Source: Malacoraja senta (taxonomy: Eukaryota). From it: a DNA stretch of 64,000 nucleotides. The DNA is taken from the NCBI GenBank assembly GCA_038087875.1, contig CM075977.1, positions 1,116,001-1,180,000 on the forward strand. The letters run 5' to 3'. The position numbers and the translations under genes were made by a program. This document shows, piece by piece, positions 13,040-25,029 of the stretch (the stretch's first letter is position 1; the number at the start of each line of letters is the position of its first letter). A model generated the notes under the pieces. It ran no database searches, had not been told where the DNA came from, and worked only from the letters and a program-made list of their open reading frames with translations.

Positions 13040-13325
13040 TGCTCCTCATTGTTTCTCTTGAGATCACACCTTCTCCAGCCAACAATGGACCTACCAGGCT
13101 AGAGGTTACCCTGCTAGAGGTTATTTGTGGCTGGCCCAGACTGATCCTGATCTTTTCTTGCCCACAGCTCTTCATCTCCCCATTCCCCGCCCCACCCCTC
13201 TCCACCTCCTACTTTCAGTCTAAAAAAAGGGGCCCGACATGAAATGTCACCCGTCCTTTTTCTCAGAGATGCTGCATGACCCGTTGAGTTACTCCAACTC
13301 TTTGTGTCTATCTTGTTTTGTAAAC
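13040..13325 (+). mobile_element. Penelope-derived 3' terminal fragment (diverged)
   Basis: cagtctaaaaaaaggggcccgacatgaaatgtcacc...gagatgctgcatgacccgttgagttactcc. Confidence 0.6.
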
Positions 13326-14479
13326 ACATTGTCACTCATGCCGTGGGCCTCTTCTGTTTCCTTCATGTTCTGGTTGAGCGTCTGTTGCCAATTTGTCATT
13401 ATTAACCCATTTGTTCCAACAATGCAAGAGAGGAAATTAAGTGTTGCATCATAGCAAACTGCTTCAAGCTGCCTCATACTCTCCATACTTGTGATCAAAC
13501 AGTTGGGAGTCATCGGCCCCTGGAACTTTGCTTCACCAACGTCACTTTCGCATGGGGTTTTTTGGGAGAGAAATCAAATGGCATATAATTTATGATGGGA
13601 AGTGTCCCAAACTTGATTCCGGCTGTCCTGAACTTCATCATTGTCCAGGAGATTAATCTCAAGGCCATGACAACTCTACTGCCAAAAGGCTGGAATATTA
13701 CAATTTTCCTCAAGAGTTCAGAAATACAATAGGCATCATTTACACGTAACCTAATCCTCTCCTTTCTCCAAACATTTTATTCACCTTCATTTATATTAAT
13801 CAATGCTGTGAAGAACTTTAGTCCCAGTCCTGGGCTATGAGAGCATTGCATTGTTCTGGAAACGTACACACCACTTGAAACAGTTGACCCAACCAATGTT
13901 CTAAGGTCAGCTGCCATACGATATTCGGACGACATCAGAAAATCAGCAGCACATGCTGGATCTCTGCTGCCCATTCCCAGTACTACGGAATAACCCTGGA
14001 TACTGGCCTGCTATTATTTCCATGTAATAGGTTTCTGGAGGTAGTAAACTTCCTTTTCTCCCCATCTCTTCCCACACCTCTTCATTCGCAAAATTCTCAG
14101 CAAACTCCTCCTCATTAAATCCTTCCCAACCTCTTTGTCCTTGCTCATCCTTCCAATGTCCCTTTCCTCTCAGCCCATTGATACCTTGTTCAAATCAGCT
14201 GAGCATCTGGAATTGCAATAAAGCAGCTAGTCTATCTCTTATAAACACTTCAGTGGTACTGATGAACTGTTGCTTATTGATCACTCTGCAGCCTTGTGTA
14301 TAGACAATCTCACTGGGTCCCTTTAGTACCTGCACCTCACAGCGCAGCTCCAAGGGATTACCCTGCTCTGTTGAAGTCAACTCCCTAGCAGTAGACCATG
14401 CGTCTCCAGACATTACCTCCCCACCTAGCTCAATGGGATGCCCAGCCTTGCCATCTTGATAGCCTCCAGTCTAAAAATG

Positions 14480-15530
14480 ATCTTCCACCACCCCTCTCTG
14501 CTTTCTACAATCAAGCCAATTAGGCATCTAATTAGTTAGCTCTCCTTGGATCCCATGCAATGCAACTTCCTGAGCAGCTTACCATGTGGAACCTTTTCAA
14601 AGGCCTGGCTGAAGTCCATGCAGACTACATCCACGACCTTGCCCTCATCAACCTTCTCGATTACTGCTTCAAACAGTTCGATCAAATTTGTGCTCTCCCA
14701 TGCACAAAGCCGAACTGACTATTTCTACTCAACTTCTGTCTTTCCAAATGTTATTGTTCCGAAATCCCTTCAGTAACCTACCTACCACTGATGTTAGATG
14801 TACTGCTTATAGTTATCAAGTTTTTTCATTGCAACCCTTCTTAAATAAAGGTTCAGCATTGTTGGGTGACACAGTGGCGCAACTGATAGAGCTGCTACAG
14901 CACAGCACCAGAGACCCGAGCTCGATGCTGACATCAGATGCTGTCCATTTGGAGTTTGCACGTTCTCCCTGTGACTGTGTAGGTTTTCCTTGGGTGCTCT
15001 AGTTTCCTCCCACATCCCTAAAGGTTTGTGGGTTTGTAGGTTACTCGGCCTCTGTACATTACCCTGAGTGTGTAGAGAGTGGATGCGTAAGTGGGATACC
15101 ATAGAAATAATGTGAATAGGTAATTGATGGTTGGTGTGGACTTGGTGGGCTGACAGTCAAGTCAAGTAGCCACTCTCCTGTCTTTCAGCACCTCACCCCA
15201 TGGCTACTGATGATGCCTATATCAGCCAGGTTTCAGGCAATTTTATCTCTAACTTCTCAGTGTTCGGGGATATACCTGATCAAGCCAAGGAGATTTATCT
15301 ACCTTCGTCCATTTTAAGATGTCCAGCACCTCCTCTATGGCAATGTGGACTATCCCCAGAACATCACCATTAACATTCCCATGTCCCTTAGTCTTCATGT
15401 CTTTCTCTATAGTAAAAATAGAGAAATATTCATGAGAATCTTGTTGATCTCCTGGGGCTCCATACATAGATGTCCACTTTGATCTTTGAGAGCCCTATTC
15501 TCTCCTTAGTTATTATTTTTCCCTTAATAT
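14480..15530 (-). mobile_element. Degraded CR1 LINE RT-region fragment containing a SINE at about 14862-15150
   Basis: The minus strand encodes DVVCMDFSQAFEKVPHG-like and VDKSPWLDQVYPRTL segments homologous to CR1 ORF2. Confidence 0.65.
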
Positions 15531-16519
15531 AGTCATAGCATTATCAAGCGCAGGAGCAAGCCCTTCGACTCAGCTTTCCTTTGCTATCCTACATACCCCA
15601 TCTACACTAGTCCCATCTGCCGCATTTAACTCATCTTCTTTCCTATCCATGTACCTGTCCAAATGTAGAAATAACATCTCTTTGGATTCTCCTTCATCTT
15701 CTCGGCCAAAGCTACCTCATGCAATGCGTGAAGTGTTCAAATTGGGAACTGATAGCACAGTTCTGACGCATTGTTTAACCAAATTAGATGAGTGCCCAAT
15801 GGAACATTTCCATAACTCCTCTGTCACACAGTCCATCAACCTCCCAATGACAAATCTTGGATCTGCAACCACTTATCCTTTCCATCATGTCAGCTATCTC
15901 ATTCATTACTTCCCTGTTTTTTATTCAGGCACGGCCCTGACATTAGGAAAATAAATTGGGGCTCCATCATTTTGTACCTCTGGCCGTGGCGACCATAACA
16001 TGATTGGCCACAAAGATATCCTTCAGTTATCCCTCTCTCTGTTATTGGCTGTTTCATGTGCAGATTGCTTCCTGATGGAGGAAGAATCACAGTTGGTTCC
16101 TCAACCAAAACAAACAACATTAAAGGCTGTTTGGGTCTCCTCCACATTGCTCGGCTTTTAAGCACCCATATGGCGATGTTTTGGTTGTGTTGGATTATGA
16201 TCATTTTCATGTGTGTGTTTGATAAAGTCAGGAACATTGTGGAATTTGAAGAATGACACTTTGAAGGTTTCGGCCCTTCCTAAGGCTAAGCCCGGCTACC
16301 CTCTGTGTTCTCAGAGTTCAAAGCTTGACCTGTCACAGAGATCTTCAGCAGAATCGGATGCACTGGAAGGACTTGGATCACGCACTGGTTCCCTTCCAGC
16401 CGCACAGCTTCCTTAGGCTGCAGCGTCAATGGAATTCAAAGCCAATATTGATAGATCTTGGGAATGGAGGGATTTGGAATCAAGGCCTCAGTCAACTTTG
16501 TTTGATTTTACTCTTGAGA

Positions 16520-16765
16520 AGCACCTCAGTGCGATTTGTTGTACAATCAGTACGGAGTTTGGATATTATCCCTGTAATCGCGTGGGATTTCTCCGGGTGC
16601 TCCAGTTTCCTCCCACACTCCAAAGACATATAGGTTTGTAAGTTAATTGGCATCAGTAAAATTGTAAATTATCCCTAGTATGTAGGATAATACGAGTGAA
16701 TGGGATGATCACTGGTCAGCACAGACTTGTTGGGCTGTTTCCACGATGTTCTCTAAAGTCTAAAG
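16520..16765 (+). mobile_element. 5'-truncated V/HE1-type SINE
   Basis: Core tacggagtttg...ccagtttcctcccacactccaaagac; (taaagtc)n tail. Confidence 0.7.
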
Positions 16766-17164
16766 TTATCGAAGCTAATTTGAATGTAAATTGTTGATAT
16801 AGTGCAAAAATCTGACATGTTCTTCAATTCGTCACAAATTATATGGTAGAAATTAAAAGTGGGTTCCAACAGTTAATCTTTGTATAGTGAATATTTCAAT
16901 AAATTTCCTGTATTGAATTTTGTAAAAGTCAGACGAAAGTTTACACATTACTTAAGTTAACTTTACAGTGTGCAAATTAAAGGTATCTGAGCCCTGATCA
17001 TTATAAATCTTTCTTGGAAAAAAAATGAACGAAGCATTACTATCATCCCCAAAGAACAGTATTATTTAGGGATCAGCTTTCCTTAAAGGTGGAGAAATCT
17101 TAGAGTTGCATTTTTTTCCAAGCCTTGTATCTGTTTCCTCTCTTTTTCTGGGGGACGGGGATAT

Positions 17165-18965
17165 TATAGCCATAACAAAAACATAACTGGCAGCTTAATG
17201 TTCCAGGGTACAAATGCTACAGGTGTGCTGTGGATGCAGGTAGGAGAGGTTAGGGGGATGTTGTCTTTTTATTCAGGGAGGACATAACCACAGTGTTCAG
17301 AAAGGATATTCTTGTGGGATCGTCCAGTGTGCTATATGGGTAAAACATAAAAGTAGGAATGAAACGATCACTTTGATGGGACTGTATTATGGACTTTCTA
17401 ATTGTCAGCGCGAATTAGAGGAGCAGATTTTCAGGGGAATTGCAGATAGCTGTAGAATAATAGGGTAGTATTTGTGGGAGATATTTCCATAACCCTTATA
17501 TTGACTGGATCATTCATAGTGTAAAGGGCTTGGATGGGGTGCAAGCTATTAAATGTGTCCAAGAAGTTGCCCTAATCAATATAAGAGGGACCTTTAGACT
17601 TTAGACTTTAGACTTTAGACTTTAGACTTTAGAGATACAGCACAAAAACATGCCCTTTCGGCAACCAACCAACACCTGGAGAAAACCCATGCAGTCACAG
17701 GGAGAATGTACAAGATCCATACAGACAGCACCCGTAGCCAGGATTGCAACCCAGGTTTATGGTGCTGGAAGGCAGCAGCTTTACCATTGTGCCAATGTGC
17801 GGCATGCTAGAACGGACACAACACAACCTCTTACGGATGAGGTAGGACAAATGATTAAAGTGTCATTGGGGGTGCACTTTGTGGCCAGTGAACATAATTC
17901 TATTAGTTTTAAAGTATTTATAGAGTAGGATAGGACCAACACATGTTAAGGTCCTAAATTGGGGCAAAGCCGATTTTGGAGGCATTGGGCAGGAACCTGC
18001 AGTGATTGATTGGGATAGTCAGTATGTAAGTAAGGGAGTGGCAGGCAAGTAGGAGGTTTTCTAGAGTGAGATAGCAGGAGTATAGGGGCAGCATGTTCCA
18101 GATAGGGTGAAGGACAAGGCTGGCAGGTTTGGGGAACCTGGTTGACGAGAGATGTTAAGGTTCCGGTCATACTTCCGATTTAGGCAGTCAGGATCAAGCA
18201 AATCCTTTTACAAGTAAAGAAGGAGGAGTACACTGAAGAAAGCAATCAGGAGGACACAAAAACAGGCATGAATTGGAGCTGGCAGGCAAGGTAAATCAAA
18301 ATTCCAAGATATTCTGCAGGTATATTAAGAGTGGAAGGGTGGCGAGAGAAAGAATAGATCCTCTCAAGGGTCAGCATGGCAGCAAAGCAACGCAGCTGGT
18401 ACAACTGCTGCCTCACAGTGCCAGAGACCCAGGTTTGATCCTGACCTGCCTGGAATGTGCATCTTCTCCCTGTGACCACGTGGGTTTCTTCTGGTGTTCC
18501 AGTTTCCTCCTACATCCCAAAGCCATGTGTGTTTGTAGGTTAAATGGCTTCTGTAATTTCCCCGGGTGTGTAGGGAGTGGATGAGAAAGTGGGATTACAT
18601 AGAACTAGTTTGAATAATGGTCAGCATGGACTCAGTGGGCCAAAGGAGCTGTTTCCATTCTGTCTCTAAACTAAAATTAAACTTTGTGCAGAACCTTAAA
18701 AGATGGTGGAGATATTAATTGAATAATTATCTGTTTTTACTGAGGAGACGATTAGTGAAGTTAAGGAATTGAGGCATAGAAGTTGTGATGTTTTAGATCA
18801 TATATGAATGACAAAGAGAAGACATTGACAGTTTTAAAGCTTACAGAGGAAGATAAATGCCCTGGGCCTGACAAAGTACATCCCCAGACTTCATGGGAAT
18901 TTTGGGAGGAAATTGCAAAGATATTTGCTTCATCTTTAACTACAGGTGAAGTTCTGAATATAGGA
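17165..18965 (+). mobile_element. Old, degraded CR1 ORF2 fragment (APE to start of RT) carrying two SINEs (about 17590-17800 -, 18375-18680 +)
   Basis: WQLNVPGYKC, KVNQNSKIFCRYIKSGRVARERI and DKCPGPDKVHP motifs are collinear with the intact CR1 at 25-27.8 kb. Confidence 0.7.
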
Positions 18966-18994
18966 GGGTGCAAGCTCTATGACTCTATGACTAA

Positions 18995-19532
18995 TGGGCC
19001 TGTCCCACGGGCATGCGACTCCATGCGGCAAGCGTGTCCTAACCGGAAGCGGGGGCCACGCGGAGGTCGAGTGATCCCCGTACAGGGCCGGTCCCACCAG
19101 CATGCGGCTGCATGCGGCAAGCGCTACCAAACCGGAAGCGGGGGCCGCGCGGAGGTCGAGTGACATCAAGACGGAGCGTACGGTGTCGAGGCGGTGCGCA
19201 CGGCCTCTAGGCGGCTGTGTACGGTGTCGATGCGGTGCGCACGGCCTCGAGGCGGCTGCGTATGGCGTCGAGGCGGTGCGCACGGCTGTCTATGCAGCGC
19301 GCACGGTCTCGATGCGGCTGCGGGGCGGCAGGCCGTTGCCGCGCGGAATTTTTGAACAGTGTCAGTTTTTCGGAGCCCCGCGCGATGTCGGGACCAGCTC
19401 CACACAACTCCATACAGCTCCGGCGATCGAAGTGGAACCGGCCCCGCGACCTCCGCGCAGCCCCCGCACGGCCCCCGCTTCCGGTTAGGTCGCGCTTGCC
19501 GCATGGAGTCGCATGCACGTGGGACAGGCCCT
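18995..19532. mobile_element. GC-rich PIF/Harbinger-type MITE
   Basis: TIRs of about 65 bp starting gggcctgtcccac / ending gtgggacaggccc; flanks taa/tta; internal GC-rich tandem units. Confidence 0.8.
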
Positions 19533-20442
19533 TTAGTTGTACTTTTCTCCCAGGCCTTGTACTTATTTCCTCTCCAATGTCCCAGTCTCTCTCCTCGTAC
19601 TTCAGCATTGTCTTCCCAAACTTGATGTCTGTAAGCACATCTCAGCTCCTGCTTTTGGCCTCAACTCACCCCACACCAATGACGACTAAATATAACGCCC
19701 ACCATTCTGCAGATCCACTCACTATCCCAGGGACACCCAGAGTACGTCGCTGTCTTTGAGCCATAGAATTCATTCATTCTTGGGCCATTCTTCTCATGAA
19801 TGGACCGGAGCAAGAGTATACATTCTGTCCGCTTAGCCCTTTAGCAGTTGAATGCAACATGAAGTAGGGCATGTTTTCTTCCTCTAACTTGAAGGAAGAT
19901 TACTTCTTGCATCATCCAAGATTCCCTGGTGGAACATGTTCACAGAAGAAACTATATACCTGGAGAGAGGCCGTCCACCCCTTTGGGTAACATTTGCAAA
20001 GAAGATGATATTCAGTTCAGTCTCACAGGCAAAATGACTAACAAGAAAGCTATGCTCACTTTATTCCAAGTGTTTGATGACTGGTACAACTTCCTATTTT
20101 GACAAAGGCAATTATTTATGGTGGTTTGTATCAATGAAATTTTATCCGATCCAGATTTCTGGTCTTGACAAAACGGAAACCTGTTTTTGTGAAGAATTAG
20201 ATTTAAGTTTGTTGGCAGAGTGCATCAAGGGTTGAGGCAACTTGTATGATTTTGTCATTTGCCTCATGAATCTGGCATCTTGCCTTCCACTTCCCTGTGA
20301 GTTTCAAGAAGCGGCTGCATTTGCACATTAAATTCACCATTGAACATTAGGACTAGCCCTCGGTGAAGAAGGATCACGATAATCAGGGACTAATATTCTC
20401 CAGTAGCAGTCTGAGATGACTTGGTGGCAACAGAAGTCCTAA

Positions 20443-21091
20443 AGCCCCTGTCCCACTTAGGCAAATTTTTTGGCGACTACAGGTGACTAGGCTGTCGCCA
20501 CATGGTCGCGGGGTGATGCCTGTATGGTCATGAGTAGTCTCCTCAAGTCGCCTAAAGAATCGTAAAGTTATTCTGGTCGCAGCTGGATTTTGAAATGTTC
20601 AAAACCTTTCGGCGACTGTGGGCTTGACGTTGCTTGACGTAGCTTGCCTTCTGTCATAGGTTGTTGCCTGGATGACACACTTTGTCGCCAGGTGACGTTG
20701 GTTGTCACTGGGTGCTGACCGGTGAATTCCATTGGCGACTACCTACGTCAACCGGCGACAGGTACCGGCGACTGAATTGTCTTCAGTTGTCTTCAGTTGG
20801 CACCGACAGGGTCGTTGCTTGTTGTAGCTTGTCGCGGGTTGACTTCGGTTGTCGTAGGTTGTCACCTGGGTGATCATAGGTTGTCGTAGGTGTGGTCATA
20901 GGTGGACATCCTAATGGGTCGCCGGTTGTCGGTAGCTTGCCGTAACTTGATGTCGACTAGGTGGTAGGTTGTCTTTGCTTGTCGTAGACATTGTCGTAGG
21001 GTGGGTCCAGTCGCAGCTTTTTTGGCGACCTGCTACGACTGTGACAGTCGCCAGCAGTCGCCGAAAAAATCGCCTAAGTGGAACAGGCCTT
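20443..21091. mobile_element. PIF/Harbinger-type MITE
   Basis: TIR cctgtcccacttaggcaaattttttggcgac / gtcgccgaaaaaatcgcctaagtggaacagg; TAA on both sides. Confidence 0.8.
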
Positions 21092-21524
21092 TAAATCATG
21101 TGAAGACTTTCAAGTGACTCATCAAACACCCGATCTTTCTCTCCACACACTCTATCCTCTTCCACCCATACCCATTACTCCAGCTTTATATTTCATGTTT
21201 AATTTAGAGATACAGCATGGAACCAGGCCCTTCGGCCCACTTTGTTTGCATGGACCAGCGATCAACCGTACACTAATTCTATCCTTTCACTCCTCCACTT
21301 TTCTCCTTATCTGTCACCTTTTTATCTCCTTTTCACTTCTGGCCTTTGTCACTTACTCCACTCAGCTGCCATTCATTCCCCTGAAACAAAAGGTGATAGA
21401 TTCTTGGAACATACTGCCAGAGTGGTGGTGGAAACAGATATAATAGTGGTGATTAAGAGGCTGGTACACAAAAATGCTGGAGAAACTCAGCGGGTGCAGC
21501 AGCATCTATGGAGCGAAGGAAACA

Positions 21525-21558
21525 GGCAACGTTTCGGGCCGAAACCCTTCTTCAGACT
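21525..21558 (-). ncRNA. Minimal type I hammerhead ribozyme motif in the Penelope terminal repeat
   Basis: The minus strand reads agt CTGAAGA agggtttcggccc GAAAC GTT: both conserved boxes, stem II and a palindromic ACGT helix III. Confidence 0.7.
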
Positions 21559-21665
21559 GATAGGGGGTGGGGAGAAGAAAGGAAAAAAGGCGGAGGAGGA
21601 GCCCGAGGGCTGGGGGAGGGGAGGAGACAACCAGAGGGCTAATGAAGGGGAGGGGACAGCAAGGG

Positions 21666-23593
21666 CTAGCAGAATTGGGAGAATTCAATGTTCAAGCCCC
21701 CAGGATGTAGACTGCCCAAGCGGAATATGAGGTGCATTTCCTCCAATTTCCGGTGTTGCTCGCTGTGGCCATGGAGGAGACCCAGGACAGAGAGGTCAGA
21801 TACGGAATGGGAGGGGGAGTTGAAGTGCTGAGCCACCGGGAGGTCAGGTTGGTTATTGCGGACCGACCGGAGGTGTTCGGCGAAACGATCGCCGAGCCTC
21901 CGCTTGGTCTCACCGATGTAGATCAGCTGGCATCTAGAGCAGCGGATGCAATAGATGAGGTTGGAGGAGATGCAGGTGAACCTCTGTCGCACCTGGAACG
22001 ACTGCTTAGGTCCTTGAATGGAGTCGAGGGCGGAGGTGAAGGGACAAGTGTTGCATCACTTGCGGTTGCAAGGGAAAGTACCAGGGGAGGGGGTGGTACG
22101 GGAGGGAAGGGAAGAATTGACAAGGGAGTTACGGAGGGAGCGGTCTTTGCGGAAGGCAGACATGGGGGGAGATGGGAAGATGTGGCGAGTGGTGGGGTCA
22201 CGTTGGAGGTGGCGAAACTGACGGAGGATCACTTGTTGTATGTGACGGCTGGTGGGGTGAAAGGTGAGGACTAGGGGGACTCTGCCCTTGTTGTGAGTGG
22301 GGGGATGGGGAGAGAGAGCAGTGTTGCGGGGTATGGCAGAGACCCTGGTGCGAGCCTCATCTATGGTGGAGGAGGGGAACCCCCGTTCCCTGAAAAATGA
22401 GGACATTTCGGATGCCCTGGTGTGGAACGCCTCATCCTGGGAGCAGATGCGGTGTAGACGGAGGAATTGGGAGTGGGGGATGGAGTCCTTACAGGAAGCA
22501 GGGTGGGAAGAAGTGTAGTCCAGATAGCCATGGGAGTCGGTAGGTTTGTAGTGGATGTCGGTAAGAAGTCTATCACCTGCGATGGAGATAGTGAGGTCAA
22601 GGAATGGTAGGGAAGTGTCGGAAATGGTCCAGGTGTATTTGAGTGCCGGATGGAAGTTGGTGGTGAAGCGGATGAAGTCAGTCAGTTGTGTGTGGGTGCA
22701 GGATGTGGCACCAAAACAGTCATCGATGTAGCGGAGGTAGAGGTCGGGGATGGGGCCCTGGTACGCATTGAACAAGGATTGTTCTACGTACCCGACAAAG
22801 AGGCAGGCGTAGCTGGGGCCCATGCGTGTGCCCATAGCTACGCCTTGTATTTGGAGGAAATGGGAGGAGTCAAATGAGAAGTTATTGAGGGTAAAGGACC
22901 AGCTCCGCTAGGCGGAGGAGGGTGTCAGTGGCCGAGTATAGGTTGCTTCTACGGTCGAGGAAAAAATGGAGGGTTTCGAGACCATCCTGGTGGGGGATGG
23001 AGGTGTACAATGACTGGACGTCCATGGTGAAGATGAGGGGGTGAGGGCCTAGAGAGTGGAATGCGCGGAGACGACGGAGAGTGTCTGAGGTGTCTTGAAC
23101 ATAGGTAGGGAGGGATTTAACCAAGGGGGATAGGATGGAGTCGAGGTAGGTGGAGATGAGTTTGGTGGGGCATGAACAGGCAGAGACAATGGGTCTACCG
23201 GGACAGTCAGGTTTGTGGATTTTGGGGAGAAGGTAAAAGCGGGCTGTGCGGGGCTGGGGAACGATGAGGTTGGAGGCTCGGTCGGGCAGGGCGTGGGAGT
23301 GGATGAAGTCGGTGATGGTGCTGGAGATGGTGGTCTGGTGCTCGTCAGTGGGGTCATGGTCCAGGGGTAAGTAGGAGGAGGTGTCCGAGAGTTGGCGCGT
23401 GGCCTCAGCTTTGTAGAGATCGACGCGCCAGACTACCATGGCACCTCCCTTGTCGGCGGGTTTTATAACCCAATCTAGGTTGTTGCGGAGTGAGTCGATG
23501 GCAGTGCGTTCAGGGGGGGAGAGATTGGAGTGAGACAAGGGAGTGGAGAAGTTGAGGCGGTTGATGTCACGGCGGCAGTTTTTGATGAAGTTC
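21666..23593 (-). pseudogene. Penelope RT-GIY-YIG ORF, interrupted near 22885 and 22056
   Basis: Three collinear ORF segments (22882-23676, 22056-22835, 21666-21992). Confidence 0.88.
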
Positions 23594-23811
23594 TGATTAA
23601 GAGGCTTTTTAATCTGATTAAGAGGCTTTTTTATTGGAATGTGAATATACTGAGAATGGAGGGATATGGATCTCATGCAGGCAGAAGGGATTCGTTTAAT
23701 TTGGCTTCATGTTCGGAACAGACATCAAGGGCTGAAGTTAACTGTTCCTGTACTTACCTGTTTTGTATTCTTAAAATAGAATTGCATAGAATACATAATA
23801 TATTGATCCTT

Positions 23812-24010
23812 GTGTTGGAAGGAACTGCAGATACTGGTTTACACCAAAGATAGACACAAAATGCTGGAGTAACTCAGTGGGACAGGCAGCATCTCTGGTG
23901 CAAAGGAATGGGTGATGTTTTGGGTCGAACATACAGTAGCTTCCTTGTTAGTCATTTTGCCCGTGAGACTGAACTGAAGGGTCTCGACCTGAAATTTGAC
24001 CCATTCTTAA
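23812..24010. mobile_element. Penelope-derived short element (degenerate palindrome)
   Basis: gaaggaactgcagatactgg...gacacaaaatgctggagtaactc arm plus ctgaagggtctcgacctgaaa arm. Confidence 0.65.
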
Positions 24011-24329
24011 TCTCACATCTATCATATATTCATCTCAACTCTTCTCTGTAGGAGCAAACTCCTCATTCTCCACAATCTTTGGGAAAAGTGTTTTTTGCTA
24101 AATTCACTATGTGATTTTATTGATATGTGTCTCTGCTGAAAAGCCATCAACCTGAAAGGTCGCCTCTGTTTCTCTCTGCACACATGCTGCCTGGCCAGCT
24201 GAGTATTGCAAGCATTCTCCCCGTTGCTTTCCAGTGTTCATAGGATTTTGTCTTTGTGTAATTTTGCTGCCTTCCCATTGAGTGTTGGTGCTCAGTTTTA
24301 AATTTGTCCAAGTAAATCAACCCCTCAGC

Positions 24330-24450
24330 CATCGGTCAGAAGAAGGGTCCCGACCCGAAATGTCACCGGAAATGCAGCCTGACCCGCTGAGTTACTCCAG
24401 TGCATTTTATCTTTTTATGTAAACTAGCATCTGCAGTTCCTTGTTTCTAC
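24330..24450 (+). mobile_element. Penelope-derived short element
   Basis: gtcagaagaagggtcccgacccgaaatgtcacc...gcatctgcagttccttg. Confidence 0.65.
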
Positions 24451-25029
24451 CGCTTAGCCATCTCCCCGTAAGGAAAAGCAACTTCAGCTTCTTCATCCTT
24501 TCATCAGACGAAGCTGTATATTTCTGGGAACAGGAATCTCCTTTGTTCCCTTTTCAGAGTTTCTGAATCCATGTGTATAATGCAGTGAGATTACCCTACA
24601 GAGTGCTCAAAGTGGGGTCTAACCAGAGTCTGAATTAAGTTCAGTGTTGGTTCTCTATTCCAATTCCTTCCCTTTACAAATAAACCTGAGCACGCTGTTT
24701 GCTTTTTCACGGTCTTATTAACCTGCATGGTAACACCGAGTGGTTTGTGTATTTACACTCCTGGATCCCATGCTCTGTGATCATCAGATGATTTAGATTC
24801 TTCATTTCCAGGCAATTATTTTTCTTACCAAATTAGAATACTGCACACTTTCATGTGTTAGAATTCATCTGCTTATGATCTAGCCATTCTTTCGGGTTAT
24901 TAAACACAGATTGGTTGCTTGTCTAAAGGTCGACTTACCCCAGAGTGGAACCTGATGACCATCATTTCCTGGTGATTCATTCTATCTACAATCCTTATTC
25001 CCCAATCCCCCACCATTTTGGCTCCATTA

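Larger units (their letters stand above)
21463..23593 (-). mobile_element. 5'-truncated Penelope-like retroelement (RT + GIY-YIG endonuclease)
   Basis: ORF pieces: IKPADKGGA..FYLLPKIHK..GRPIVS..MDVQSLYTSIPH, MGTRMGPSYACLF..RYIDD, and NLIYCIRC..IYIGETKRRL..R..EH. Flanked by the TSD tgattaagaggct inside a CR1 3' remnant. Confidence 0.93.

Noticed and set aside
18936-19759. Several overlapping 110-180 aa ORFs
   Set aside because: Stop-codon-poor by-product of a GC-rich palindromic MITE; translations are low complexity.
19760-20440. Possible endogenous viral or LINE remnant
   Set aside because: The frames I read are heavily interrupted and I could not identify a diagnostic motif; left unassigned.
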